Assembly (NCBI GenBank): GCA_043824255.1
Contig: JBDRTG010000047.1
Span: forward strand, 160,001-224,000
Length of the DNA: 64,000 nt
Direction of reading: 5' to 3'
DNA from: a bacterium
GTDB lineage: Bacteria; JAHJDO01
A program made the translations under genes and the position numbers. Numbering within the stretch: the first letter of the stretch is position 1; every line of letters starts with the position of its first letter. Of this stretch, positions 1-10,804 are shown piece by piece. A model generated the notes under the pieces. The model searched no databases. It was not told the DNA's origin and saw nothing but the letters and a program-made list of their open reading frames with translations.

Positions 1-624
1 ATTGGCTGCAATTTTGCTTGCCCTTTTTGTCAAAATTGGCAGATCTCTCAAGAGCATAATGTTCCTACTCAGCACATGTCGCCATCTGAAGCTGTAGAAA
101 AGGCTTTGGAGAGAAGCTCCATTGGCATTGCATACACATACTCTGAACCAATGATATGGTATGAATATGTAATGGATACAGCTAAGCTTGCTAAAGAAAA
201 AGGCTTGAAGAACGTGCTTGTAACAAACGGCTATATTAATGAAAATCCACTCAAAGAATTACTACCATTTATAGATGCCATGAATATTGATTTAAAAGCT
301 TTTGACGAAAAATTCTATAAAGAAATCTGCAAAGGAGACCTTGAAACTGTATTGAAAACAATAAAAATATCCAGCACAAGCTGCCATATAGAGATAACGA
401 ATCTTATTATCCCAGGATTTAATGACACAACCAGGCACTTTGAAAATCTCGTCGACTGGATGGTGGAAAACATAGGAGTAGATATACCTCTGCATTTTTC
501 GAGATATTTCCCACATTATAAGATGGAAACTAGTTCTATTACTCCGATTGAAACTCTGGAGCAGGCGTGTGAAATTGCAAAGAGAAAGTTAAGGTATGTA
601 TATTTGGGGAATATAATGATATAA
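1..624 (+). CDS. amrS: AmmeMemoRadiSam-type radical SAM enzyme (5'-partial)
   Basis: Frame 1 is open from base 1: IGCNFACPFCQNWQISQ (CxxxCxxC). The track ORF continues with GIAYTYSEP, VTNGY, DAMNIDLK, PLHFSRYFP and YVYLGN. Confidence 0.85.
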   Translation: MGCNFACPFCQNWQISQEHNVPTQHMSPSEAVEKALERSSIGIAYTYSEPMIWYEYVMDTAKLAKEKGLKNVLVTNGYINENPLKELLPFIDAMNIDLKAFDEKFYKEICKGDLETVLKTIKISSTSCHIEITNLIIPGFNDTTRHFENLVDWMVENIGVDIPLHFSRYFPHYKMETSSITPIETLEQACEIAKRKLRYVYLGNIMI

Positions 625-650
625 TAAATGAAATTTCGGAGGGCTATATA

Positions 651-917
651 ATGGCATTATTAAAAGGCAGAATAGGTTTCTTTCTAGCGCTAATAGTGAT
701 AGGCGGGCTTGTGGGCAGTATAATAGGAGAAATCTTTGGGCTTCTTCTTCCTACTGGTGTAATTCATAATATTTTTGTAAAAGGGCTAAATATGCAACTC
801 GGTCCAGCAACATTGAATCTAGTAGTTTTTAGCATAACATTAGGATTTGGCTTAAAACTTAACCTCTGTGGATTACTCGGCATTACACTTGCTCTATTAA
901 TATATAAAAAAGCATAA
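651..917 (+). CDS. small membrane protein, DUF4321-like
   Basis: 88 aa, hydrophobic, with GGLVGSIIGE and TLNLVVFSITLGFGLKLNL. GGAGG RBS upstream. Confidence 0.65.
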   Translation: MALLKGRIGFFLALIVIGGLVGSIIGEIFGLLLPTGVIHNIFVKGLNMQLGPATLNLVVFSITLGFGLKLNLCGLLGITLALLIYKKA

Positions 918-920
918 CAA

Positions 921-2672
921 TCAGCCTGTTACTTCCAGGAATCCTCTAAGCTTTCTACTCCTAATTGGATGACATAGCTTTTTTAAAGCTTTTGCTTCTA
1001 TTTGGCGGATCCTCTCTCTTGTTACATGGAATACATTGCCTACTTCTTCCAAGGTATGAGGATACCCATTATTAAGACCAAACCTGAGTCTTAATATCTT
1101 TGCCTCCCTCTCAGTAAGGGTCACTAGAACCTCTTCTAACTGTTCCTTTAACATTACAGATGAAGTAGCATCTGATGGAGAAACAATACTCTTATCCTCT
1201 ATAAAATCTCCGAAATGAGTATCTCCCTCATCTCCGACTGGTGCTTCAAGAGATATCGGATGTTGTGCTATCTTAACTATTCCGCGAACTTTATCTATAG
1301 GTAGCTTCATTCTTTCTGCAAGTTGCTCCGGGCTGGGCTCTTCTCCAAACTCCTGTATCAGTTCACGTGATGTTCTTGCAAACTTATTAATCGTTTCTAT
1401 CATGTGCACAGGAATGCGAATTGTTCTAGCCTGATCAGCTATTGCTCTTGTTATTGCCTGGCGAATCCACCATGTTGCATAAGTAGAAAACTTATAACCT
1501 CGCTTATGCTCGAATTTATCTATAGCTTTCATTAGACCTATGTTGCCTTCTTGAATCAGATCCAAAAAAGGTAAGCCTCTATTAACATACTTTTTAGCAA
1601 TACTTACAACAAGACGTAGGTTCGCCTCTGCCATTTCCTTCTTTACTGCAGAAATTCTTACTTTCTCATGCTCTATTTCCTTTACTAATTCAGACAGCTG
1701 GTCAAAGGATAGTGCAGCTTCTGCTTCTAAATATCTTATTCTTCTCCGACTTTTGCTTATGTTATGGTTAGCTTCTAAAATCTCCATAACTGTATGACCT
1801 GTTTGCTCAATTACATTCTTGGGAAGTATCTTCTTGTTTGTTATTTCTCTTGATATAACAGATATCTGTTTTTTACCCATTCCCACTTTATTTACAATCT
1901 CGTTAATTCTTGCTTTTATCTCATTCATTTCTTTGAGAGAACATTTTATCTTATTAGCAGCTTCTAATATATCTGTCTGAGACAATTTAAGCTTACTTCC
2001 GATTTTTATAATCCTGTTTTTTTCAGAATTTATTTCTTCTGTTATTTTTAACTCCTGTTCTTTTGAGAGTCCAGGTTTTTTTAGTTTCTTCTTTAAATCA
2101 TGAATTTTTATGTCAGCGTCGCTTATACTATCTAATAAAGCAGGCATGCTTTTTAATAGATCTTTGCTTTGAATGCCTATTTCATCATCAAGAATATCCT
2201 CAATTTCTGTTTCAGTCTCTTTTAACTTTTTAAGATACCTATCAACTATGATCTTTATTTGTTTAGGTGCAAACCCACAGGTAAATACTAATCTTCTTAA
2301 TTTTCTCTCTGCCTTTTCAATCTTCTTCGCCAGTTTTGATTCCTGCTCTCTGGTAAGTAAATCAATCTGTCCCATCTGATGCAGATATGTGCGCACAGGA
2401 TCACTAACTTTTGACTTTGTAGCAACGTCCAGTGTTTCTTCAACTTCTTTTTCTTTTGAAACAGCTGTAATCTTAGTCTCAGGAGCAGATAAAATCTCGA
2501 TATCCATGTCTCCTAACATCATAAGAATATCATCAATCTGCTCTGATGAGACAACATCAACGGGAAGCATCTCATTTATCTCTTCATAGGTCAAGTGTCC
2601 CTTTTTCTTTCCTAATTCTATTAATTTTTTTGTGCCCTTAGGACATCTTTTTCTCTTATTCATACTCACCAT
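921..2672 (-). CDS. rpoD: RNA polymerase primary sigma factor RpoD
   Basis: Region 1.1 ([14 protein letters not shown]), [45 protein letters not shown]...[13 protein letters not shown]. Directly downstream of dnaG. Confidence 0.98.
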   Translation of the reverse strand: MVSMNKRKRCPKGTKKLIELGKKKGHLTYEEINEMLPVDVVSSEQIDDILMMLGDMDIEILSAPETKITAVSKEKEVEETLDVATKSKVSDPVRTYLHQMGQIDLLTREQESKLAKKIEKAERKLRRLVFTCGFAPKQIKIIVDRYLKKLKETETEIEDILDDEIGIQSKDLLKSMPALLDSISDADIKIHDLKKKLKKPGLSKEQELKITEEINSEKNRIIKIGSKLKLSQTDILEAANKIKCSLKEMNEIKARINEIVNKVGMGKKQISVISREITNKKILPKNVIEQTGHTVMEILEANHNISKSRRRIRYLEAEAALSFDQLSELVKEIEHEKVRISAVKKEMAEANLRLVVSIAKKYVNRGLPFLDLIQEGNIGLMKAIDKFEHKRGYKFSTYATWWIRQAITRAIADQARTIRIPVHMIETINKFARTSRELIQEFGEEPSPEQLAERMKLPIDKVRGIVKIAQHPISLEAPVGDEGDTHFGDFIEDKSIVSPSDATSSVMLKEQLEEVLVTLTEREAKILRLRFGLNNGYPHTLEEVGNVFHVTRERIRQIEAKALKKLCHPIRSRKLRGFLEVTG

Positions 2673-2682
2673 TCACCTTTCT

Positions 2683-2707
2683 GTAGGGGTCGGATAAATC
2701 CGACCCT
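2683..2707 (+). repeat. GTAG-type REP-like palindrome
   Basis: GTAG followed by the perfect hairpin GGGTCGGAT-AA-ATCCGACCC, in the dnaG-rpoD spacer. Confidence 0.6.
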
Positions 2708-4470
2708 TAATGTTGAAATCGCTGTCTGCACTGTATTATCAATCCTTTCTGTTCCATTATCTGCTTTAGAAGACTCCTCACTTCACCTGTTTCTTTCGTT
2801 TTTTCTAAACTTGCATTGAGCTCAGCTATCCTTTTATTTATTTTTTTCTCTTTCAACTTTGCTATTGTCTGATTAACCTCTTTTTCTTTTTCAGAATGAG
2901 GAATAGTTTCCATAATGAGACCCGTAACTACGTCCTTAAGCATATCACTTTCTAACTGATTTAAAACATTCTTGCAAGAGAACATTTTACCAGCTATGTC
3001 TAGTTTAAATAACAAGCCTGCAATTTGCCGATAGTCATTATTCAAGAAATCCTCTACAACTAAAGACCGACGCACTTTTTTAACAATATCTGTATCTTCC
3101 AGCATCAATTGCAGCAAGTGTTTCTCAACCCTTTCTGTTGGTAAGAGAGTAGCACTTGGATGATAGAATATTCGCTCAGATGTTTGATCCTCTATTTTAC
3201 CCAGCTCATCTAATACAGACGCTTCATCCAACGATAGCCTTGCTGCTAAATACCTGATATATTCGGATTTCCTAATGGAATCTGTTATCTTGCTGATTGT
3301 AGGCAGTATATTTTTTGCGATTTCTGCCTTGCCATCTATAGATGCTGAATCTAACTGATTTTCTAAAATACCAATCCTATAAGTAATAATATCAACTGCT
3401 TCTTCTAGCATATTGGAAAACTTGTTCTTCCCATATCTATTAAGAAAGCTATCAGGATCTTCACCTACAGGTAGTCTAACAATTTTTACCATTAACCCTT
3501 GTTCAACTAGGATGTCTAATCCGCGTAACGTTGCCTTAGTTCCAGCTGTATCTCCGTCATAGACTATAGTTGCTTTTGTGGCATATCTTAACAGCAATTT
3601 GGCCTGCTGAACTGTTAAGGATGTTCCTGAGGATGCTACAACATTTAAAAATCCTGCCTGATAAAGTGACAGAAGATCCATGTACCCTTCCACTATAACA
3701 GCATGCTTATTATCAGCTATTTCCTTTTTCGCAATATTAAGTCCATAAAGAATATTGCTCTTATTGTATAAATCTGTTTGTGGAGAATTTAGATATTTGG
3801 GAAGTGTTTTATCATCAAGTGCTCTGCCCGCGAAACCTACGATTTTCCCCTGTGTATTATGTACTGGAAATATAATACGATTCTTAAATCTTACATACCT
3901 GTTTTTCTCGCGAGAATCATACGCAATTATACCCGCTTTAACTAAAGCGGCCTCAGATATTTTCTCCCCTTTAGCAAATTCCAACAAACTCTTTGGAGAG
4001 ATTGGCGCATATCCCAGTTTAAAGTCTTTAATTATCTGACTATCAATTCCTCTGTTCTTCAAATACGCATAGGCGTGTTTGCCTTCTGAACTATTTATTA
4101 GCATATTGGTGAAATGATCAGAGACTATATTGTTAACTCTATACAGGTCTAAAACATCCGTGTTTATTTTTTGTCTCGCAATAGAGATTCCTGCTTTATC
4201 TGCAAGTGACTCTACTGCTTCAATAAAAGTCATATTTTCGTATTTCACTATAAAGCCAAATACATTGCCTCCTGCTCCACAGCCAAAGCAATGAAATATC
4301 TGTTTTTCTGGGCTGACTATGAATGACGGGGTTTTTTCATGATGAAATGGACACAGTGCTTTAAAACTTCTCCCTACCTGCTTTAAAGGGATATAGCTGG
4401 AAATAACTGAAACAATATCACTCTGTTGTTGTATATTCTCAATAACTGAATCAGGAATCATTCCAACCAT
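2707..4470 (-). CDS. dnaG: DNA primase
   Basis: CHC2 zinc finger (CPFHHEKTPSF...FHCFGC), KYLNSP, and TOPRIM motifs VEGYMD, YDGDTAG, DPD. Confidence 0.98.
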   Translation of the reverse strand: MVGMIPDSVIENIQQQSDIVSVISSYIPLKQVGRSFKALCPFHHEKTPSFIVSPEKQIFHCFGCGAGGNVFGFIVKYENMTFIEAVESLADKAGISIARQKINTDVLDLYRVNNIVSDHFTNMLINSSEGKHAYAYLKNRGIDSQIIKDFKLGYAPISPKSLLEFAKGEKISEAALVKAGIIAYDSREKNRYVRFKNRIIFPVHNTQGKIVGFAGRALDDKTLPKYLNSPQTDLYNKSNILYGLNIAKKEIADNKHAVIVEGYMDLLSLYQAGFLNVVASSGTSLTVQQAKLLLRYATKATIVYDGDTAGTKATLRGLDILVEQGLMVKIVRLPVGEDPDSFLNRYGKNKFSNMLEEAVDIITYRIGILENQLDSASIDGKAEIAKNILPTISKITDSIRKSEYIRYLAARLSLDEASVLDELGKIEDQTSERIFYHPSATLLPTERVEKHLLQLMLEDTDIVKKVRRSLVVEDFLNNDYRQIAGLLFKLDIAGKMFSCKNVLNQLESDMLKDVVTGLIMETIPHSEKEKEVNQTIAKLKEKKINKRIAELNASLEKTKETGEVRSLLKQIMEQKGLIIQCRQRFQH

Positions 4471-4550
4471 AAATTTAGACTGCCTTTGCTAATATTTTTT
4501 CTGAAAAGTCGAACTTTTTAGTCTAGCATGAGGATACGCGCCCTGTCAAA

Positions 4551-4889
4551 TTAGCCCGGCGGCCAGTGCATAATTCTTCCACCTATAAGATGGAAATGCA
4601 GATGAAATACCTCTTGTCCGCCATGTCTATTGCAGTTGCATACTATGCGAAAGCCTGAAGAAGCAATGTTGCTCTTCTCTGCTATCTCCACAGCTATTCT
4701 ATGTATCTTCCCAATCAACATATTGTCGTCAACATCAATAATCGTTGGAATATGGTTCTTTGGAACTATTAAGATATGAGCGGGTGCAACAGGTTTGATA
4801 TCCTTAAATGCTAATACGTCTTCATCTTCGTATACTATCTCTGCTGGGATTTGCTTGTTAATAATCTTACAGAATAAACAAGCGCTCAT
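4551..4889 (-). CDS. histidine triad nucleotide-binding protein (HINT family)
   Basis: CLFCKI, AFKDIKPVAPAHILIVP, GQEVFHLHFHLIGGR..WPPG. GGAGG RBS. Confidence 0.95.
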   Translation of the reverse strand: MSACLFCKIINKQIPAEIVYEDEDVLAFKDIKPVAPAHILIVPKNHIPTIIDVDDNMLIGKIHRIAVEIAEKSNIASSGFRIVCNCNRHGGQEVFHLHFHLIGGRIMHWPPG

Positions 4890-4972
4890 AATATGTCCTC
4901 CTATATATTTTTATAGGCTACCTAAATTATCATGCTTTCTTATGTTTTTTACAAGCATTTCTTTACATCCCC

Positions 4973-5042
4973 ACATCCCCCTCCCCTAGTTTCGCCTATG
5001 GCAAAACTATTCCCCCTTTGAAGGGGGATTTTAGGGGGATGT
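4973..5042. repeat. nested palindromic intergenic element
   Basis: Outer inverted repeat ACATCCCCCT/AGGGGGATGT encloses two hairpins: TAGTTTCGCC-TAT-GGCAAAACTA and TCCCCCTT-TG-AAGGGGGA. Confidence 0.65.
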
Positions 5043-5049
5043 CATGCAT

Positions 5050-5078
5050 TTGACTTGCTTTATAAAAAGTGATAGCTT
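5050..5078 (+). promoter_or_regulatory. putative sigma70 promoter
   Basis: TTGACT-17 nt-TAGCTT with an upstream TG, ending 8 nt before ATG 5087. Confidence 0.4.
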
Positions 5079-5086
5079 CTGGTCTA

Positions 5087-6427
5087 ATGTTTAGTATTTT
5101 GAAAATTAGAATTTTGAATTTGTTTCGGATTTCGATATTAGAATTTCGTATTTTATTTAGTATCTGGCTTTTATTTGGATTTTGCCTTTTGCCATTATAC
5201 AGTGCCTCATCCTCTTTTATAACTCGTACTGTAAAAGAAGGAGAATCATTATATAAAATTGCTGAGAAATATCTCCCTCTGAGCGACTTCTATACATTAT
5301 CATCATTAGTTAAAGAAATAAAAAGGCTTAATGGTGTTAACCAGATAGACCTTAAGGCAAATAAGAAACTCAGGATTCCTGTTGTCAGAACAAAGCCTGT
5401 CAAGGCAAAAACAATCACAAAAGACAAATCTTTTAATGCCAGAGGAATATACATAACCGGCAATACAGCAGGAACAGAAAGAATTTTGACATTAGCAAAA
5501 AAACTGAAATCTTTCGGAGGAAACACCGTGGTTTTTGACGTAAAAGATGTTGATGGCGTCGTAACGTATAAAAGCTCAGTACCACTCGCAAAGGAAATAG
5601 GTGCTACCAGAAAATCCCAGATAAGAGACATAAGTAAAATGATATATCTTTTGCATAGAGAGGATATGCATGTTGTAGCAAGAATTGCGCTTTTTTGTGA
5701 TGAGATCTTAGTTAAGAAACGCCCTGACTTAGCTGTACAGAGCAAGTCTAGCGGAGGTGTGTGGAAACAAAAGGGAAGGATTCGGTGGGTGGACCCTTCG
5801 CTTGAGATGGTCCAGAAATATAATCTTGACCTAGTCACAGAGCTGTGCGATTTGGGTGTGGATGAGATTCAGTTTGATTATCTCAGATTTCCCGCAATGG
5901 GGAATGTCAAGGATGCAAAGTATTCATTTGATGAGGCAAATATCGAGAAACATACGATCATAACAAGTTTTCTGAAGAGAGCTTATGAATTAACACGCAG
6001 GAAGAAAGTCTTATTATCCATAGATGTCTATGCAATAATGGCTTGGCAGCGCAAGGAAGACGAAGAAATCACAGGTCAGAGGATTCGAGACCTTGCAAAA
6101 TATGCTGATATAATAAGTCCTATGCTGTATCCCTCTCATTTCTATGGCAGGTTTGAAGGCAGGAAGAATCCTGCCGACCACCCATACTATTTTATTTCAC
6201 AAGGTTGCAAAAAAACCAGAATTGCTACAGAGAAAACAGGTATTATTATAAGACCATGGCTTCAGGCATTTCCATACAAAGTAACACCTTCCAAGTGGAA
6301 TAAAGATTACATTCTTGAACAGATAAGAGCTGCTAAAGAAGCTAATGCATGCGGATGGCTACTCTGGAGTGCAAGCAACAACTATAAAGTTTCGTGGCAG
6401 GCGCTAAAGCAGATTCAGAGCTACTAG
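5087..6427 (+). CDS. exported LysM-domain putative glycoside hydrolase (DUF4015-like)
   Basis: Signal-like N-terminus, LysM (TVKEGESLYKIAEKY...IKRLNG...LRIP), RGIY, NTVVFDVKD, GVDEIQFDYLRFP, SPMLYPSH, RPWLQAF. The track starts at GTG 5069; ATG 5087 is preferred because of the promoter. Confidence 0.8.
   Translation: MFSILKIRILNLFRISILEFRILFSIWLLFGFCLLPLYSASSSFITRTVKEGESLYKIAEKYLPLSDFYTLSSLVKEIKRLNGVNQIDLKANKKLRIPVVRTKPVKAKTITKDKSFNARGIYITGNTAGTERILTLAKKLKSFGGNTVVFDVKDVDGVVTYKSSVPLAKEIGATRKSQIRDISKMIYLLHREDMHVVARIALFCDEILVKKRPDLAVQSKSSGGVWKQKGRIRWVDPSLEMVQKYNLDLVTELCDLGVDEIQFDYLRFPAMGNVKDAKYSFDEANIEKHTIITSFLKRAYELTRRKKVLLSIDVYAIMAWQRKEDEEITGQRIRDLAKYADIISPMLYPSHFYGRFEGRKNPADHPYYFISQGCKKTRIATEKTGIIIRPWLQAFPYKVTPSKWNKDYILEQIRAAKEANACGWLLWSASNNYKVSWQALKQIQSY
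5090..5153 (+). repeat. degenerate ~7-nt tandem repeat in the signal-peptide coding region
   Basis: tttagtattttgaaaattagaattttgaatttgtttcggatttcgatattagaatttcgtatttt, encoding FSILKIRILNLFRISILEFRI. Confidence 0.6.
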
Positions 6428-8463
6428 CTATTTTTGGTCAGGTTATATCTGTATAAACGGAAAGTATTGGGTTTATCCAGTCCTATCTTGATTTTTGTTT
6501 TTTTAGCGGTGTTAATAACTATATCTTCCGAATTATCAGATAAGCTCTTTAAACGGATAGTTTTCCCTTCAAGAAACTTTAGTTTAAACTGGTTTTCTTG
6601 CTTCTTATTTAACTCTCTATAGACAATAATGAAACCTGATCTCTCTTTAAAATTGTGTGACTGGAAACCTGTCCATGAGTGGCCAGACGGCTTTTGTCCT
6701 ATTGGGAGTATATTGCCTGCGAAGATTCCCTTTCTATGTTTTCTGTGAAGTTTCAGAATCTTTTTTACCTTGGACTTTGCGCTTGTAGAAAACCCTGAAG
6801 GATTACCCCATGATAGAGGATTTGCAAACATGGTTATTGCGGTTACATACTCCTGCGAATAAGCAGAAGGGCATAGAGCCTTATCTGAATAGACATCTTC
6901 ATTAGTCTTTTCTACATCGTTAAACTCAATCTGTAATCTCTGAGTCGGGATGTATTTACTTAACATCCATAAGTTGCAAAGGGTCCGCCATGGATAGTAT
7001 TGTTGGGAACCCGCTTTTGTATGATACCTGTTTTCCAAAAAGATATTTCCGTATTCCAGAAACATCATGTACCCAGGTCTCATTCCATTTGTTGTATCCA
7101 GATTAAAGTAGATTTCTCCTCTGGAGCGAATTCTGAGATTTCTAAATAGCTTTTCAAGATTTTCTTCTGCTTCTTTATTCTGTATAACCACAGCATCAAT
7201 CTTGAATATCTTTATATTGTATTTTTCATATAATTCAAACAAGACTTCTGCTTGCTCCTTCCAATCTCTATAATTTTTATTAAATGAAGGGGCAAACCAG
7301 AGGCAAATATCAACATTGTGCTTTTTAGCAGCTACAGCTATCTCTTTAAAGCCGTTGAGAAATATATCCATTCTTGTTGCCCACGATGCCTTATCTAAAA
7401 ACATGTTATTAATACTAAGTTTTGCGAGTGTTCCATAGCTATGCCATCCATCATCAATTTGATATTGATCAATCCCTGCCTCGCTACAAGCCTTAATCTC
7501 TTTTTCTATAAATTTATTATTTATTTTTTTATACCAATCCCCACCTCCCCATGGATTAGCCATTATCATATAATTTTTCTTAGGATTATTCTTAAATCTC
7601 CCGTTAAAATATCTTTTAAACTCCGACTGTCCATAATCAAAATCCTTTGAATAAACTCCTAATACGCTAACATAGCTTTTTACCAAAGAGTCTTTAAATT
7701 CATTTGGAAGAATGCCCCAACCAAGGCTTTTTATGCTACTTCCCTGAATCATGAAATCCCCTTGTGATTCTCTCCTTCTCTCCCAGCTTGGAGGAGCTTC
7801 CTGGGCAAGAAAAAGTCCGTTTCTATCTTTTTTATCCTGTATAAATAGCAAGTTACCTAATAACGAAATTTCTTTTTGAGTCTTCTTCGTAATATCCTTT
7901 TCAATAACAATGTGATTTGTATAATCTGTCCTACCACAAAATTGCACACATTTAAGGGTATAATCTTTGATATTCAATTGAATTCTATCAATAATATTTT
8001 CTGTCTTCCTAGTCTCGATATTTGATGAACGTTTTTTCACTAGAGAATAAAAATTCGGCATGACAGGTGTCTTTATTCTAATCCTTGTAGCTAAGGCAGA
8101 GATTTCTGGATAGACGTAATAATCTCTAAAAAGGTTTATTTTCTGAACAGGTTCATAAAGACTAATAGTTAAAACGATACAATCATTCTGGAAAATATTA
8201 TCCCTTATTATTTTTGCTTTTATGTTTTTCAGAAAAAGGTCGACAGACGTTTCATCATATTTTTCCAAAAGTCCAACATAGGAAAAATCATGGACATTTG
8301 TGTTCTCAAGCACCCATTCTTTATTATTAGTTTTATCTATAAAACTTTCTGTATAAAAGCGTCTGTTTTTAATTCTTAGAATCCTTTTTATTTTGCTGTT
8401 TTCTAATATAATACGATCTTTTGTCCAGCTAACACTGCAGTCTTTGAATTTGATTTGTGACAT
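6424..8463 (-). CDS. alpha-galactosidase-like glycoside hydrolase (clan GH-D, GH36/GH27-like)
   Basis: MANPWG, YQIDDGW, CLWFAP and FKID motifs. Downstream of galK. Confidence 0.75.
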   Translation of the reverse strand: MSQIKFKDCSVSWTKDRIILENSKIKRILRIKNRRFYTESFIDKTNNKEWVLENTNVHDFSYVGLLEKYDETSVDLFLKNIKAKIIRDNIFQNDCIVLTISLYEPVQKINLFRDYYVYPEISALATRIRIKTPVMPNFYSLVKKRSSNIETRKTENIIDRIQLNIKDYTLKCVQFCGRTDYTNHIVIEKDITKKTQKEISLLGNLLFIQDKKDRNGLFLAQEAPPSWERRRESQGDFMIQGSSIKSLGWGILPNEFKDSLVKSYVSVLGVYSKDFDYGQSEFKRYFNGRFKNNPKKNYMIMANPWGGGDWYKKINNKFIEKEIKACSEAGIDQYQIDDGWHSYGTLAKLSINNMFLDKASWATRMDIFLNGFKEIAVAAKKHNVDICLWFAPSFNKNYRDWKEQAEVLFELYEKYNIKIFKIDAVVIQNKEAEENLEKLFRNLRIRSRGEIYFNLDTTNGMRPGYMMFLEYGNIFLENRYHTKAGSQQYYPWRTLCNLWMLSKYIPTQRLQIEFNDVEKTNEDVYSDKALCPSAYSQEYVTAITMFANPLSWGNPSGFSTSAKSKVKKILKLHRKHRKGIFAGNILPIGQKPSGHSWTGFQSHNFKERSGFIIVYRELNKKQENQFKLKFLEGKTIRLKSLSDNSEDIVINTAKKTKIKIGLDKPNTFRLYRYNLTKNS

Positions 8464-8552
8464 GTTTATTTCATTTCCTTAGTTATTCAACTGATTAAAC
8501 TCCCATATACCCAAATTGAGGCACATATTAAGATCGTAATAATTAAATATCT

Positions 8553-9725
8553 TTACGCCATCTCTCTTGCCCCATTTTCCGGATTGCAGATATAAATTTG
8601 CGATTTAATGCCTGTCCTCTTTTGATATTCTTTGCTTACTACCCGGACAAATTTATCAATAACATCTTTTTTGACAATATTTACAGTGCAGCCCCCAAAC
8701 CCGCCGCCAGTCATTCTGGCTCCAATTACACCATTAATGCTTCTTGCAATATCTACCATTATATCAAGCTCAAAACAGCTTACTTCATAATCACTCTTTA
8801 GGCTTTCATGTGATTCATTCATTAGCCTGCCAAACTCAAGTATGTCATTCTTGCCCAGAGCGTTTACAGCATTTAATACACGTCTGTTTTCATAAAGAAC
8901 ATGTTTGCATCTTTTCTGTGCGATCTCATCAAGCGAGTCTTTATATTTCTCAAATTCTTCTATAGATACATCTCTAAGCGTTTCTATTTGTGGAAGAAAT
9001 CTTTTAAGACTGGATACTGCTCTTTCACATGTTGCTCTTCGCTTATTATATTCTGAGCTAGCAAGTTCTCTTTTCACATTTGTATTACAAACAACCACGT
9101 TAAATCCCTCTAATTTCAAAAGTATATTTTTATAAGAAAGATCTCTGCAATCAAGAAACAGTGCATGGTCTTTTTTCCCCAGCATAGAAACAAACTGGTC
9201 CATAATGCCACAGTTCACCCCAACAAACTTGTTCTCTGCTCTCTGGCACAGTTTAATCATCTCTATAGAGGATATTTCAAGATCAAACAGCGTTTTGAAA
9301 AAATATGCTGTCGCAACTTCAAGCGCAGCAGAAGAGCTAAGTCCAGCTCCCTCAGGAATATCTCCTCCAAAAACAATATCTGCACCATTAATATCAGCTT
9401 TTATCTCTAATAAAGAATTTAGTACCCCCCCCATATAATTTACCCACATCTTTTCTTTATTGAACTGAATAGAATCAATATCAAACTGAACATCTTGGTC
9501 ATAATTTATTGAGTATACTCGTATAATTCTATCATTGCGTTTTGTTCCAGCTATATAAATATTTCTATCTATAGCAATAGGCAAAACAAATCCCCCATTA
9601 TAATCAGTATGTTCACCAATCAGGTTAATCCGTCCGGGGGCAGAGACAGTGAGTAAGTCTTGAGAATCCTTTTTAAAGAACTCTTGATATGTATTTTTGA
9701 TATTTTTTATGTTAAATTTATACAA
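8553..9725 (-). CDS. galK: galactokinase
   Basis: APGRINLIGEHTDYN, IPEGAGLSSSAA, CGIMDQ, GARMTGGGFGGC. Confidence 0.97.
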   Translation of the reverse strand: MYKFNIKNIKNTYQEFFKKDSQDLLTVSAPGRINLIGEHTDYNGGFVLPIAIDRNIYIAGTKRNDRIIRVYSINYDQDVQFDIDSIQFNKEKMWVNYMGGVLNSLLEIKADINGADIVFGGDIPEGAGLSSSAALEVATAYFFKTLFDLEISSIEMIKLCQRAENKFVGVNCGIMDQFVSMLGKKDHALFLDCRDLSYKNILLKLEGFNVVVCNTNVKRELASSEYNKRRATCERAVSSLKRFLPQIETLRDVSIEEFEKYKDSLDEIAQKRCKHVLYENRRVLNAVNALGKNDILEFGRLMNESHESLKSDYEVSCFELDIMVDIARSINGVIGARMTGGGFGGCTVNIVKKDVIDKFVRVVSKEYQKRTGIKSQIYICNPENGAREMA

Positions 9726-10317
9726 ACTTAAGAGACTTTCGTATAAGCTCTTCTATCTTTATCTCTTCTTTTGTTTCAGATAGCACCCTGTCAACAGCTC
9801 TTTGTGCAATAGCGCGGGAATATCCCAATGAAATCAATGCGGATATACTGTCATTGATTACAGAGCGTTCCTCAGGATCCTTGCCAATTAGATAAGATTT
9901 CTCTCTGTCTGTTAAAACACCTATTTTATCCTTGAGTTCTACTATGATTCGCTGTGCAGTTTTTTTGCCTATGCCTGGGATTGTGGTTAATATCCCAACA
10001 TCTTCATCCACAACGGCAGCCTTAAATCTATCAACTTTTATAGCAGATAAAATCCTTACAGCCACGCTTGGGCCTATTCCCGATATGGAAATCAGTGTTT
10101 TGAAAAAACCCTTCTCATCTTCAGTTGCAAAGCCATAGAGTTCCAGCTTATCTTCTCTCACATAAAGATAGGTAAAAATCTTTAGTTTTTCCCCGGCTTT
10201 ACTAATTTGATTATATGTAGTCAGTGAAATATGCATTTCATAGCCAACTCCACCAACATCTATGACAATAAGTGCTGGTGTTTTAACCGATAACTTTCCT
10301 TCTATGTATCCTATCAT
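9718..10317 (-). CDS. ruvA: Holliday junction branch migration protein RuvA
   Basis: MIGYIEG, DVGGVGY, VREDKLELYGF, GIGP, IPGIGKKTAQRI, ALISLGY. Confidence 0.97.
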   Translation of the reverse strand: MIGYIEGKLSVKTPALIVIDVGGVGYEMHISLTTYNQISKAGEKLKIFTYLYVREDKLELYGFATEDEKGFFKTLISISGIGPSVAVRILSAIKVDRFKAAVVDEDVGILTTIPGIGKKTAQRIIVELKDKIGVLTDREKSYLIGKDPEERSVINDSISALISLGYSRAIAQRAVDRVLSETKEEIKIEELIRKSLKFV

Positions 10318-10804
10318 TTTTTCCTCTAGGTACTGATCGATTTATATAACACAGGGCAATAGCCAAAGCGTCTGCTACATCGTCGGGCTTTGGTGTTTCC
10401 TCGAGATGCAAAAGCTTTTTTACCATAAACTGAACCTGCTGTTTGGATGCTTTCCCATATCCCACTATAGCTAGCTTTATTTCCAAAGGTGTGTAGGACG
10501 CTATTTCAAGACCAGCATTAACACCAGCTACTATAATCGCCCCTCTTGCTTGTCCTACCTGAAGAGCAGTTTTTACATTCTTGCAAAAAAACAATTCTTC
10601 GATACTAAGGACATCAGGATTATACTTTTCTATTATATCAGAGATTTTAGCATAAATCATCTTGAGACGATTAAAAAATGGCTCATCCTTGGATGTTTCT
10701 ATGCATCCAAATCTTAAAGGTGAAAGAGCATCTTTTCCCTGCTGGGTTTCTATAATTGCGTAGCCTGTTCTGGCAACACCCGGGTCAATACCAAGAATGC
10801 GCAC
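10283..10804 (-). CDS. ruvC: crossover junction endodeoxyribonuclease RuvC
   Basis: ILGIDPG, IEELFF, QARG, GYGKASKQQV, DDVADALAIA. Confidence 0.97.
   Translation of the reverse strand: MRILGIDPGVARTGYAIIETQQGKDALSPLRFGCIETSKDEPFFNRLKMIYAKISDIIEKYNPDVLSIEELFFCKNVKTALQVGQARGAIIVAGVNAGLEIASYTPLEIKLAIVGYGKASKQQVQFMVKKLLHLEETPKPDDVADALAIALCYINRSVPRGKNDRIHRRKVIG

Noticed and set aside
4795..4989. Small ORF, or a missing rpsU, near HIT-dnaG
   Set aside because: The ORF is antisense to HIT and runs into a palindromic element. I found no S21-like sequence.
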